Part shown: positions 25,883 to 38,343 of the stretch, piece after piece
Layout of the letters: every line of letters begins with the position of its first letter
Position numbering within the stretch: position 1 is the first letter of the stretch
Source: Catajapyx aquilonaris
Taxonomy: Eukaryota
Direction of reading: 5' to 3'
NCBI GenBank assembly: GCA_000934665.2
Contig: JYFJ02001345.1
Coordinates: forward strand, 1-64,000
DNA: 64,000 bases
Translations under genes and position numbers: made by a program
Notes under the pieces: model-generated
The model's database searches: none
What the model was told of the DNA's origin: nothing
Seen by the model: only the letters and a program-made list of their open reading frames with translations

Positions 25883-28800
25883 ATGGAGAACATGGATGGT
25901 GGCAGTGCAGTTGCTGTTGGAAGCAGTAGTAGTGTGGAGACTATGGGCGTGAGGGAAGAAAACACTTCCACCATGAGAGACAATCAGGAAGGTGTTGTGA
26001 CCTCTGTGGAGAACTCTGAAGAAGGTGCTGCTGGCAACGGAAGCATTGGCGACAATGCCGAAGCACAGTGCAGTGAGGATGTGAGTGAGTGTGGCAGCAA
26101 GGAGTCTGTGGGCATTGAAGAAGCACCAAAGGCCGTGAATGGTGGTGAGCCATTGTCTGGTGATGAAAGCATGACTGATGCCATAGCTGAAAACTCGATC
26201 AGCGGGACTGTTGGGACGTCCGAACTTGGCTCGGAGGAGTATGAGACAGCTGAGGAGTCAGACAAGGAAGGAGGGGATACTTTGCGAGAGGAAGATGAAC
26301 CATCAAAGGAAGATAAGGAAGAGTCAGGCACCGAAAAAGATGATGATGGAGAAGAGATGGAAACGGAAGATGGTGGAGAGGCTGAGGGAGAGGACTCCTC
26401 ACGTGACAGGGAGGTAGGGGAGACGGGTGAGGACAGTGGAGGGATGAGAGAAGACTCGGGTAGCAGGGAAGCTGTGCAAGTGGGTGAGGACAGTGGAGGA
26501 ACGAGAGATGGTGCGGCCAGCAGGGAGGAGGAGATGGATGTGGAAGAAGGAAAAGATGATGACCAGATGAATGCTGATGAAGACTCACAAGTAGGAGGGG
26601 ATGAGGTTGGTGGCAATGATCCTCTGGGTGAGCAGAGTAGGGAAGGGTTGGATGATGCTGCTGAAGAGTCTCAGGATGCTGCTGCTGAAGAGTTGCAGGA
26701 CAATGCTGCTGAAGAGTTGCAGGATGCTGCTGCTGAAGAGTCTCAGGATGCTGCTGCTGAGGAGTCTCAGGTTGCTGCTGCTGAGGAGTCGCAGGATGAA
26801 CCATGTGAGGCGCCTGAAGACACAGTAGGTGAGGCCAATGAGAAAGAATCTGAGGAACCAGATGAGCTGGACAATGAGACACCTCCTATGGAAGACGGGA
26901 GTGTTGATCTCTTAGAGCCTGTCTGTGAGTTGGGGAGTGACAAGGAGGAGGAGGAGGAAGACAAAGATGTGGACATGGCTGAGAATAAGGGTAAAGATGC
27001 GGAAGAGAGTGGGGATAAAGGTGAAGAAGGTGACACTGAAAATGTTGATGACAAGGCAGAAGACAAAAGTGAGGAAAAGGACAAGGATGCAGGTGAAGGC
27101 GAGGAAAAGGACAAGGATGCAGTTGACGACAAGGAAAAGGACAAAGATGCATCCAAAAGTGAAACCAAGGCTGCAGCTAAAGCTGTAGAAGCGGAGGTAG
27201 TAAGCCTTGATGACGATGACGACATTGTGTGCGTTGATTCCCCTATCCTATCCAAACCAAGTGGCAACAAAGATGATTCCGAGAAAGTGTCCAAAGAAAA
27301 CGATGCAGTGAGTAGTACAGAAAAAAATTATGATGATGGAGAAAAGGAGGCAGAAGAGGAGAAAAAGGATGGAACTGAAGAGGAGGAGGATTATATGGAT
27401 TTTGACATTAATCCAGATGCCTTGGTACCAGCTTGTGAAGTTCAGATAATTCAAGAGAACACAAGTGGGAGAAAGCCTAGGCAGGCTGCCATGAAGGCTG
27501 AGAGCATCATTCGGGTGAGTATTATTCGTTGGAATAGAGGAGTGGTCCTAAAAAAGCAGAAAATGTCTGACCTACCTTTCCTTGTAGAAACTGGCTGAAG
27601 AGGAGGAAGATGAGATCCGCCACCTGGAGTCAGATGATAAGGGTGATGGTTCAACTGAGGAGAAGAAAGTCTGTCATCAGTGCAACAAGGTAAATACTTT
27701 TACAGTAGTTTCACAGTAACAGCCTGAAACTACCACTGGATTATTTGAACGAGTGTTCAAAGTTTTCAAGAGATGCAAATCCTTACTCAAATCACTTGTC
27801 TGTAAACACATTTGTACCAACATGCATTTTGTGTAATTAGCCAAAACAAGCATGACTGGTCTATTTTTCTAATGTAAGGTTGTACGAATTTTCTCTTGCC
27901 AGCTGAAGCCCTGCAAGTATCAGATCCTGATGCACGGCTTGAATCGCTACATGTGCAGTGAAGAGTGTTTCTCTGCATTTCGCTCACATCGTCCGATCCA
28001 GACTGTCCCTTCCGTTCGAAGTGATCTTGTCTCTTCCTCAGCTGCTCCCACACCCACTATCATTTCTATCAGTGCCAGCGCTGTTATTGATGCCAGTGCT
28101 TCTGCAACCGACATCCCCACAGTTGTGGTGCACTCCAAGGAAGACAGGAGTAAGCTGGTGACTCATCACATCACGAAAAAGGGAGAACGGCACTGCAGCT
28201 ACTGCACTGCGATCATTAAGACCACAGGGCAGCAGCTTGCTTGGGAAACGATGGAATTTTGCCACGAGGGGTGCTTGGGTGAGTAATGGCTTAATGTTGG
28301 TGGACTAGGAAACTGAATTGGTTATGGAATTCATGGGGACTCATTTTACTTTCCAGGAAAGTACCAGAGTATCCTGGGCTCTCACTGCTCCAATTGCAAA
28401 GTCCAGGTGAAGAAGGCGTGCTTGGGCAAGTACAGCGTCCGGTTTGGTAATGACATCAAACAGTTTTGCTCGTCTCCATGCCTGGAGGAGTTTAAGAGGG
28501 GTCTCAAAGTCTGCAGTTATTGCCAGAAGGACATATCCAGCAGTACCGATGGATTTCTGGCACCAGTAGGAGACAAGGGGCAATTTCGGGTGAGCTCATA
28601 ATGCCAATTTGGATTCATTTTAACCGAATTCTGTGTTGATTGGTTGCGCCAATAATGTGGATGTTAATGCTTTCGTTTTGTGTCTGCAGGACTTTTGCAG
28701 CAAGGCCTGCATGGAGAAGTATGAAACTATGAACAGTCCGCAAACCAAAGTCCTGGTTATGCATCCTTGTGACGTGTGCAATCAAAATAAGGCAGTGAGG

Positions 28801-31800
28801 CTGGAAGTGATGGCAGGTGGGAAGATCCATAAGCTGTGCAGCGAACCCTGCTTTGCTGCATTCAAGTTTGTCAACAAGATATCAGCCGGTTAGTGTTCTT
28901 TGGGTTTTCCGTGAATTCACTGTTTCAGTGGCAAGTTACAACTTATTAACGGTTTGTTTTGCAGCTACGTGTGATATGTGCCACAAGTACTTTGATTCGA
29001 GCGTGGCAGATAGTCATACAGTATTTAATGGTGGAAAAGTATATGGCTTCTGTAATAAGACTTGTATGAACGTTTATGTGCTGTCCAACCGGAAAATTGT
29101 GCCCTGCAACTGGTGCAAAGTAAGTTTCTACGTGCATTTTGAATTTTCTAAAGGTATACTGTATAGGATTCATGGTGATAATTTTGTGGACAAATATATC
29201 GCAGAAGCTAGCATTTAATTGTTTTTTTTTCATGTACTTGTTTTGTATGCTAATTGGTTCCTTCATCCCAACCAGGTGAAAAAGTACAATTTCGACATGA
29301 TAGAGAGAATCTCCGACACTGGACAAATATTGATGCTGTGTTCCCTGAATTGCCTCTCTCTGTACCAAGTGTCAGTGAATGCAGCTTCAAGAAGCAGGTT
29401 GGTCGAGTGGAACTAATCTTTCGCTTGCTAAGTTCCTGTGAAACCTCAATTTCCACCCACCCGTTGTTCCAGAATTAAGTGTGATCACTGCAGCAAGTTT
29501 GAGCCTGCACAGTATCACCTAACTATGTCTGATGCCACCATCAGGAATTTCTGTTCTTACTCATGTGTGATGAACTTCCAGAACCGATTTACAAACCTCA
29601 ACTCTGGATTTGTGCAAGTTCCTGTTCCCACAGGTGAGATTTTCAATTTTTCTGTGATGAAATTATGGATGCTTTGTAAGATTTGAGTTCGAATCTCTAT
29701 CCGTAACAATCATTTGCATATTGCTCACTGCCTCTTGTTTTGTGTAGGGGAACCAAAGAGAGCCCTTAGCCTTACTCCCCGATCAGGGGCAACTGGACCA
29801 GGTAAAAGTAAGATGAGTTAATCCTTTGCCATAGAGCCTTTGACTGACTGACACCACTTTGTCCACAGAAAATGCCACAGGCGATGCTATCCCTGTAATT
29901 TCATCAGTTACGTCCTTGGCCAGCTCGGGAGGTCCTAGTTCGACAGCAGCCCCCACTCCAAATGGAACTGTCAAGCCCATTACTCTGAAGGTAATACTTG
30001 AAGAGAAGTGGTGTTACGTACTCTAACCAGCATCTGTATTCAAAAAGCCACTATCACCTATGCCCATATTTTACATGATTTCTTAGTGAAGAGAATAACC
30101 AAAAAAGTTATGACATTGGAAAAATATGTCGGAGTAATTAGTGCAACTTTTGACATTCTCCTGAAACCCTTTGGGGGGTGTACACTGTGCAGATGCCACA
30201 TTAATCGTTAGTCAAGTGCACTTTGTACATTTGCAAGTACTTGAAATGCAGCAAGGCGTATATGAGTCAATATTTCACCCGTTCTCTTTCAGGCACCACT
30301 ACCTGGTACTCAAGTGGTTGTGTCAGGAGCGAGCAAGGACCGTGCAACAACCATGACAACAGTAGGCGGTGCACCTGGGGTCAAAGTGAAGGCAAAAGAA
30401 TATGTGCTCACGAGGCCCATTGATCCCACATCGGTGAGGAACAAAGGAACTGTGTGCAGGGCCATCACAAAGAGTTTGGGCGTCAGCTGTCATCCTCAGC
30501 AAGTGGAGGCGGAAACACAGACAGGTAAGCGATGATCCTTATATTGTGAGCATTAGTTAGACAGAAGTGCTGTTATCAATTGCCTATTTTGAAGTGTATT
30601 GGTTCAACTTGCATGAAGTATTTTTTGAAGTGGCTAAACTTTCCCATGGATATAACACGGATCAGCTGTACGTACTTTTGGTACATTTCAGATGAACCTG
30701 AAGCGAGACCTGTGCTTATCCCAATCCCAGTTCCGATCTATGTCCCTGCTCCGATGCACATGTACAGCAGTCCCCTCCCTACACTCATCCCTTTCCCTCT
30801 TCCCATCCCAGTTCCTGTCTTCATCCCCACCACCTGCAATGGCTACAGGGGAGTGGTCAGCCACATCAAAGAGATAGTAGAGAAGATCCCCAACAACCCG
30901 GAGGAAGCAGAATTACTCATGATGGCTGAACTCATTGCCAACGACGAAGATTCACGTGGCAGTGGCGTGGACCAAAATGACTGTGGGGTGGATATTCATG
31001 ACGGAGGCAGCAACCTCTCCACAGGTAAGGAGTCTTTTCAATTACCGATATATTGGCAAGAAATTGCATGAAGCTAGTGGTCGAACATGCCTTAAACTGT
31101 CGGGGGGAGGGTTGATATTTTAACCTACTGGTCCTATGCACTGCAGCCAAAATTGCCTATTTTGCATGCACACAATGAGGCATGTATGCATGGGACATAT
31201 TAAGTTTAATACAATGAGTGGGTTAGATGGAACATTCTACTGACCTCCCATTTTTCTTCACCAGGGGACAGCGGAAGTGGAGGTGTGTTCCCAGCCATGT
31301 CAGGAGATAGTGGTGGAGGGTACGGCGGGGATGACATAATGGAGATGGCCCTCATGGCTGCATCCATCGAAGAGACCCCAGCCGACCTGGAGGCAGACCT
31401 GGTTGGAGTCACTGTTGGAAAGGCAAAAGGTAAGCCCAATCATGTCATGCCTTGCCACTCCCACTAGTTGTGCAGTCAGGGGTAACACTGCCTGTAAAAT
31501 TGGTTCGCCCTGTTGGATTGTGGGTCAACTTGGGTTGCACCAGTTAAATGGTCGCATATGTGAAATGGGTCGTTCCATGGCAACTTAGCGACTAGGTGCA
31601 CATAACTGTCGTACACACAAATGGTAGGCAACAGTTTTAATGCTTCATGTAAAAAGGATCTGATTGCCTGCCGAGAATCTTCAAAAATTTATATTTGTTC
31701 ATGCAAGGGCACCCACCCATTGCCCTCTAATAGTTCTTTCTCCTCTTGTGGATTTAGGTCATGATGGCCAGTCCAACAGCAATGACCTTAAGAATAGCTT

Positions 31801-33565
31801 TGACCCGGCCGAAGAGGAGGAGGAGGAGGATCTCCTCAGGGAGACTCGTCAGACCAGGGGGAAACCCGGAAGGAAGAGGTCGAGGGCCACCAGGGGCAAA
31901 GGCTTGAAACGGGCCAAGATCGAACCAGAGACCCAGGAAGTTAGCCAGCAATCCAGCACTTCGTCCACTGAACCCAAGGCAGTTCTCAAGGTAAACCTCA
32001 GGCTCTGCCAGGATCAGTAGGTGTGCATAGTTGAAGGGGAGCCTTCGCGGGTAAGCTATGACCAGCTTGTGATGCGAGGATGGGCTTTGGGCTAGTGTAC
32101 AGCCTGCTGTGGTATGTTGCTTTGCTTTGTGGTACAAAGTAGCCGGTTTTGTTCGTGAGCATCTTCTCCATCCTTTCTTCACCACCTCTTGCCCTTTTTT
32201 GTACATACACATGTTGGCCCATTTTGTAATTGTTTCATACCGTGTTTCCCACACCTTGCCTTAGAAAAATAAACCCTGTGACTTGCATGCGTTTGTAGTT
32301 TTACTCCCGACGTGTGTGTGGCCTTTTCAGATTATCTCGATCTGTGGGAGGCACAGAGGATCGCTCTAAAATTGGCCTGTCCTACCTTTCCGTTCCTGTA
32401 GTTTCCCTTGTGTGTTGTATTATTTCTGTGAAGAATTTGTGGCTTACTTCTCGTTGTTGCTTTTCTAGTACACTTACGGAGTGCAGGCATGGAAGTTGTG
32501 GGTGATGCAGAAGAATGTGGAGCTGGAGAAAGCCGCTGTTGCATCGGGGCATAAAGTCAAGCTGCTTAAGACAGACATTCTTCAGCTGACACCAGACGAG
32601 CTGAACTATTCCCTCTGCATGTTTGTGAAGGAGGTGCGGAAGCCCAACTCGGAGGCGTTCCAGCCAGACAGCATCCACTACCTTTGTCTAGGTACATGTT
32701 TCTGAGTTGTACTTGACTTTGCAGCATCAGAAGTGACACCTTCCCTTTGCAGGTATTCAGAAGTACCTACATGAGAATAATCGTGTGGACAACATCTTCC
32801 TGGATTCGTACTATGAGAAGTACAAGGAGTGCCTGGACGAAGTGGTGTGCAGATTCCCGCTGGCTTCAGAGACTGAGCAGGGCTTTGTAGTGACTCGGAT
32901 TGAGGAAGAGCACCTGTGGGAGAGCAAGCAGCTGGGAGTCCACTCGCCACAGGCCCTCCTGAACACCCTACTGTTCTTCAACACTCGCTACTTTGGCCTC
33001 CGCAGTGTGGAAGACCACATGCAGCTCTCCTTCTCTCACATCATGAGGCACTACCAGAAGTTCACCTCGTCTGGGACATCCTCACCTGCTCTGGGAACCA
33101 CCTCGAACAACACTGAGGAGAGGAGGATCGTGCTGCGGTTCTATCCCCCAACCACTCTTCAAGGTATGATCAGCTACAAAGTCGTGACTGCCAAGAAGTT
33201 AGCTTGATGCCATTTCTCATTGCAGACAAGGACAAGAAGCGCACTTACGAGCAGTTTGAAAACAAGGAGCAGCCCATCCGCTGTCCGGTGAAGCACTACG
33301 AGTTTTACCTGTCCAAATGGTGAGCCTACTTATTTCTTCAGATTCTTGATGAGAATGTCGAGCTCACGAAAATTGTGACTTTTACAGTCCCGAAAGCATG
33401 AAGACTCGGAACGACCGTTTCTACCTGAGTCCAGAGAGGTCCTGCGTGGCTGACAGCCCCGTGTGGTATTCGACCATGCCGATGAGTCGGGAATCCCTGC
33501 AGAAGATGCTGAACCGCTTCAGGACGGTGAAGGAGATCAACGAGGCTTTTCTGGAAGGACACTGA
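25883..33565 (+). CDS. woc: Zinc finger MYM-type protein (woc / ZMYM2-3-4 family)
   Basis: Acidic N-terminal exon (to 27514), several MYM/FCS zinc-finger exons (EFCHEGCL, QFCSSPCL, DFCSKACM, LCSEPCF, NFCSYSCV), the Pro-rich PVLIPIPVPIYVP motif, and a C-terminal DUF3504-type region (YTYGVQAWK, ELNYSLCMFVKEVRKPN, EEHLWESKQLGVHSP, RCPVKHYEFYLSK). Stop 33563-33565. Confidence 0.93.
26651..26800 (+). repeat. Coding 24-bp tandem repeat (~6 copies) encoding DAAAEE(S/L)Q
   Basis: Repeated GATGCTGCTGCTGAAGAGTCTCAG-like units within the acidic exon of woc. Confidence 0.85.
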
Positions 33566-33876
33566 GCAGTTCAGCATTCAAGTGAAAAAGACTTTGACTT
33601 GTGGATTTATCTTATGTTTCTTTCCACTATTACATTTTTTTTAAGAAAACGACATGAAGTAAAAAAAAAAAATTGCATTCCATCATGAGGTGGCGCAGTT
33701 ACTCTGGACAAAAAAGTTGCTTACTTTTTTAAATGTCGTCACTGTTCATGGAAGTGCTTTTTTCCATGGTGGTGACTAGTGGAGGCATGCATTTAACTGG
33801 TTTGGAGTCAGCAACTATGACCCTGTGGCAAAGTGAATAAAGATGGGACGCGGTCTTTTTTTGGAGAGCACAAAGT

Positions 33877-35094
33877 TCAATTGGTCTTTCTTGGCTTGGT
33901 CAACGTGCGCTTTCGCTTGACTCTGCGGCGCATCTGCTCCAGTTCTTGCAGCTGCAGGTGGATGTCTGCATACACCTCGTTTTGCTCTTCCTCCGGGATG
34001 GTAGACCTGCAGCAACATATTCATTGTCACACTTTTAAATAACAACAGCATGCAAATATGCTACATGAGCAAACAAGTGTCGTTTGGCCCTACTGACCTG
34101 TATTGTTTCATGAGGTCGAATTTCTCCCATGGCTTTGCAACTTCTTTTGCCCTCTTGTAGAACCTCTCTGGAAGTCCCAGATCTTGTACGCCCTGCAATT
34201 CCTGCCTCTCCCACCTCTCCAGCCATGGGCGGGGCTTCAGCTTCACCTTGATTGGGTTGATGGGTATGGGTGCCCCTTCCGGATGCACTTCTGGCTCCAT
34301 GTCCAGGGGGAAGGTGCTGCACTCGGGCAGGGCGTCGCGCAAGTAGAGGAGGTGCTCGTCCAGGCGCTTCTCCAGCCGCAGGACCTGTATGCCCTGCAGT
34401 GTGGGGTTGTACATCTCGTAGTTCACCTCAACACCTTGGTGCTCCACCACATTGCGCAGGGTGAACCAGGCACGCAAACCGCACCCTCCACGCTGAATGC
34501 AGATGCCCACGAACCGGTTTGTCTTGCCAATTGAATGTGGGTCGGACACTGTCACACCCAAGATGCTTCCAACATAAAACTCCGGTATTTCAATCTGCGA
34601 GCGACGCCTCAGCATATCCATCCTCTCCAGCTTCTCCCGCATCTTGTTCCTCCATTCCATGTTTGGGTCTGGCATGAACTCTGGGTACACAAACCGAAAC
34701 GAGTTGGGCGCCACCAGCTTCTCGGGTCCCGAAGACGCCTGCTTGCCGCTCTCCTTACCAACCTCTTTGGTGGGAACCGGTGCAGCCTCCGCATCAGTGG
34801 AGAGGCCCCTGAACTTAACTGAAACCAAAAGCCATCCGTAAGCTTCAACCAGACTGAATAAGTGACTAACCCATCAGCTTCATGGCATTGCACATGCTAT
34901 GGCCTGAGTTGCCTCTGCTTCTGCCCCCTACAAGCTTCATGCTTTCTGGTTTTTTGCCCACTCCTTTTCCCACCATTCTCTACTACAAAATACTGACCAT
35001 CATTGTGGCATACTCTGGCAGTTGAGAGGCACCGGATAACCCGCACAGCTCTGTTGGAAGAGGACCAGAAGGCCATGCATGTGGCCGCCATCAT
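33877..35094 (-). CDS. MRPL19: Mitochondrial ribosomal protein bL19m
   Basis: Exons 35094-34998, 34818-34098, 34006-33877. Motifs FRFVYPEF, IPEFYVGSILGVT, RFVGICIQR, LRNVVEHQGVE, LEKRLDEHLLYLRDALPE and KPRPWLERWE, with a mitochondrial-presequence-like N-terminus. Confidence 0.96.
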
Positions 35095-35528
35095 CGACGC
35101 CTTATTTCCAACCGACAGTGTTTCCAACCCTGAACTGGGCGCGTTCGCAACTCTGCATCCACCGTTGGGGTGCGTTCAGAACACACTACAGAAACTTAAT
35201 TATTAATTTAATGAGTTTAATTGTCGTCATAATGACCGCAATTTGGAGCAGTTGTGGTCAGCGCCGCGTGTGGTGACCTTAGTAAACAGAGAGTGCCAGG
35301 CCTGTAGGTGTCTCTGGCGTCGAGTTGTGAGCCAGTGGGTCATCAGGGAATGGGCCGCGGGTCAGGCAGCACGTGGCATCAACGAAGAGCATGCTGAAGG
35401 AGACACACAAACCATGAGGACCAGTACAGGTACTGAGGATAACCGCGCTGTGTACGCAGGGGTCACATTTCAATTGCATTTTTTTGTATGTAGATGTGAA
35501 TACGCAAGCCTGAACTGCTGTGACCAAT

Positions 35529-36909
35529 ATGGCAGGAGATGCACCAGTTTTGACGAAGAACCAGCAGAAGCGGGCGCTCACCGGGAAGAAGACAAAGAAG
35601 TGCATACGCAACACGCTTGTCAATCCGTACGACATCAGCTGGTAAGTCCGTTGGGTCTTCATTGACCATACAGATGTTCACTACAATGTTGCATTTTCAG
35701 GCCAATGGTCAAACCCGAGGATGAGCATGGACTGTTGCAGCTGATGAAAGAGTGAGTGTTTGACTGCGTTTGGTTTGGTTAACCGTGCCTCTGTTACAAA
35801 CATTGTGATTCCAGGCTGACTGCGAAAATTAAGAGGCCAAAATTGAAGATCGAGCTAAGCAGCATACGGAATCTGGCGAAGAAGGACAGGCGTGCACTGA
35901 GGCGGCAGAAGCGTCAGCAGCTGATGCAAGACATGGGCATGGAGGACAGTCAGGAGCTCAGGTTTGGTTGGATTGGGCTCAGTCCCTTGCAAGGAGGTCA
36001 CAAATGTTTTGATTCTTCAGGGACCACCTGGTGATGGGTGTGAACCACCTCGCCCGCAGCATTGAGAAGGGGGAGGTTGTGTCTGCGGTGATAGCCAGAG
36101 ACGTGGATCCTCCAATGCTGACCAAGTTCCTAGTTCCACTGGCAACCACACGTCATCTGCCTCTTCTCGCCCTGTCTGGGATGGCCAGGGTCACCGAGGA
36201 GGCCCTGGGGTTCCGCTGCGTGGCTCTCGGACTGAAGGTAGCTGCAAGGGATGGTTTGGGTTTTGTACACAAGACAAGGAAAGAGTTGTACATTGTCAAT
36301 GCTAACCGGTCCGTTCTCTTTGAGGGTGAGGCATCATCTGCGGACAACCATTTCCATCCGCTGCACTCAAGGATAAAGGAGCTGTCCCGTGCCCTGCCTA
36401 CCCCCAGCTGGATGAGCCGACCCGTTCTGCCTGCTCCAGCAGAGGGGACTGCCACACGAGTAGAGACAGCACCCACAGCAGAGGAGGGAACATCAAGTAG
36501 CGAACCTAAAACAGAGCGAAAAGAAGAGCCGTGTCCATACCTTTACCGCACATCGTCAAAGCAGCGGGCGTTTGCTCCTCCGAGGAAACTCAAGCCTGAA
36601 TTTCCAAACGCAGGGAACAACTCGGACGAAGAGAACACTGAAAAAACTAAAGCGTCCATTCCGATGTGTATTCCCAAGTTCATATCTCATTCGTTGGGCC
36701 CCACAGTTAAGAGGCAGCCAGGCCAGCACGAGAAGCCCAAGTCTCGCCAATCCCTGGAACCTGGAGCATCATCTCAGACTGGTATTACGGGGAAAGCCGT
36801 AGCATCCAAGAAGGGCAAAAGCAAGAAAAGGAAAAGGGCGGCAGAAGTTGCATACAAACCAATGAAGATCAAGAAAGTTCAGAGCAACCCGAACAAAAGA
36901 ACTACATGA
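35529..36909 (+). CDS. RPP38: Ribonuclease P/MRP subunit p38-like (L7Ae domain)
   Basis: Exons 35529-35641, 35701-35751, 35815-35961, 36021-36237, 36325-36909. Motifs NTLVNPYDISWP and HLVMGVNHLARSIEKG..VIARDVDPPMLTKFL..LGFRCVALGLK, followed by a basic C-terminal tail. Confidence 0.8.
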
Positions 36910-37847
36910 TCCACACTAAGTGTTTGTGAAATACATTCTACCAGATATCTCCTCAGCCGTATTGTGACAAGCGGCACGTTGTATTTGATGCCCTTATTTC
37001 AAGCCAGTTGATCGACAGTATATAAGCGTCTCACAAATGACTGAAACTTACAATAAGTAAAAAAAAGGCTATTTCAGTGTAAAACAAGCTATATTTTTCT
37101 CCACTGAACCAATATTTCACCCAACATTATAGTACAGCATAATTTTTTTTAGTACTCAAGCAGCAATGGGGAGGGAAAAAAAACTGTTAGTCAACAAATG
37201 AACATTACTTGCACCTCGCCTACCCCTCCTTCCTGCTTCCACCTAACCCACAATACACAGTATTGTACAACATGAACGAGGGAAGAAAAACGAAGACGAG
37301 GTTTTTCCTGCAGCAACAAAACAAAGAGCAGGGCAGCTCGGGCTGGAATTCGTGACTTCTTTTTCGCCATGTCCCTTACAATGGAACAGATTAATTAATT
37401 ACACCAACGTTGCTACAGTGCACCTATCGGGAACATAGCAGCCATTGACTCACACGCAAAAAATAATTATAATTAAAAACCTGCAACCGTGCAAATATTG
37501 CACTGTGTTGCCCACCTTTCATTTCCCCTGTTAAAGCCACAGTCGGACATTCCCTTTGTGAAGTGTAAAGAGGGGAAACAAAAACTGCCACCAACTTTAT
37601 GGCAAGAAAAAAACTTCTTTGCAGAATACTCTCAAAATGTTCCCACCCTGCCAACGCAGAGGGAAACGTTGAACCTACCCACTTCCACAATCCACCAAAC
37701 TTTGTCTGTATTTATTTATACTTGGAAAACAACAAACAACAACAACAAAATCTTTTCACTTTGCACACACACAAAGTGTGCTACTTGTAAACCTTAACTT
37801 GATTTTTTCCACCTTACCATTAAATTAGAAGCTAGTTTCTCCGCGTC

Positions 37848-38308
37848 TCATTGGGTCATGGTGACGAGAGCAGCGCAGAGTATGTCTGGGTTGGTCTCGT
37901 CTGGATACATGCTGAGTACGGCCTGGACCCTCTCCTTCGGGAATATGTAGGAGAGGTGGTATTGGATCTGCTTGCGCTTTGCCTCCTTGCTTGAGTCCTG
38001 GCTCAGGTTTATGCGGTGAAGCGGGTTTGGGTGCTGTGGATGGGGGTGGGGAGGATGAGGCAGGTGAGGAGGGGGCGGGTGGTGGTGAGTTTGCGGCCAC
38101 ATGTATGTGTTCGGAGGTGGCAGACCCCCTACGCCGTACAGGTTCAGCTGCGGATCCGATGTCGAGTTCAGTCTCTGCATGGGCGATCCCTGCTGCATCC
38201 AAGGGCAGTACGAGTCTGGGGCGGACGCAATGCGCGTCACCCCTTGGTGCTTGGCCTCCCCACCCCAGGCAGGCGGGGGTTGGCTAGCGACACGTGACAC
38301 CACCCTGC

Positions 38309-38343
<35 letters not shown>

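Noticed and set aside
25984..27294. Long Ser-rich antisense ORFs
   Set aside because: They are shadows of the D/E-rich woc exon.
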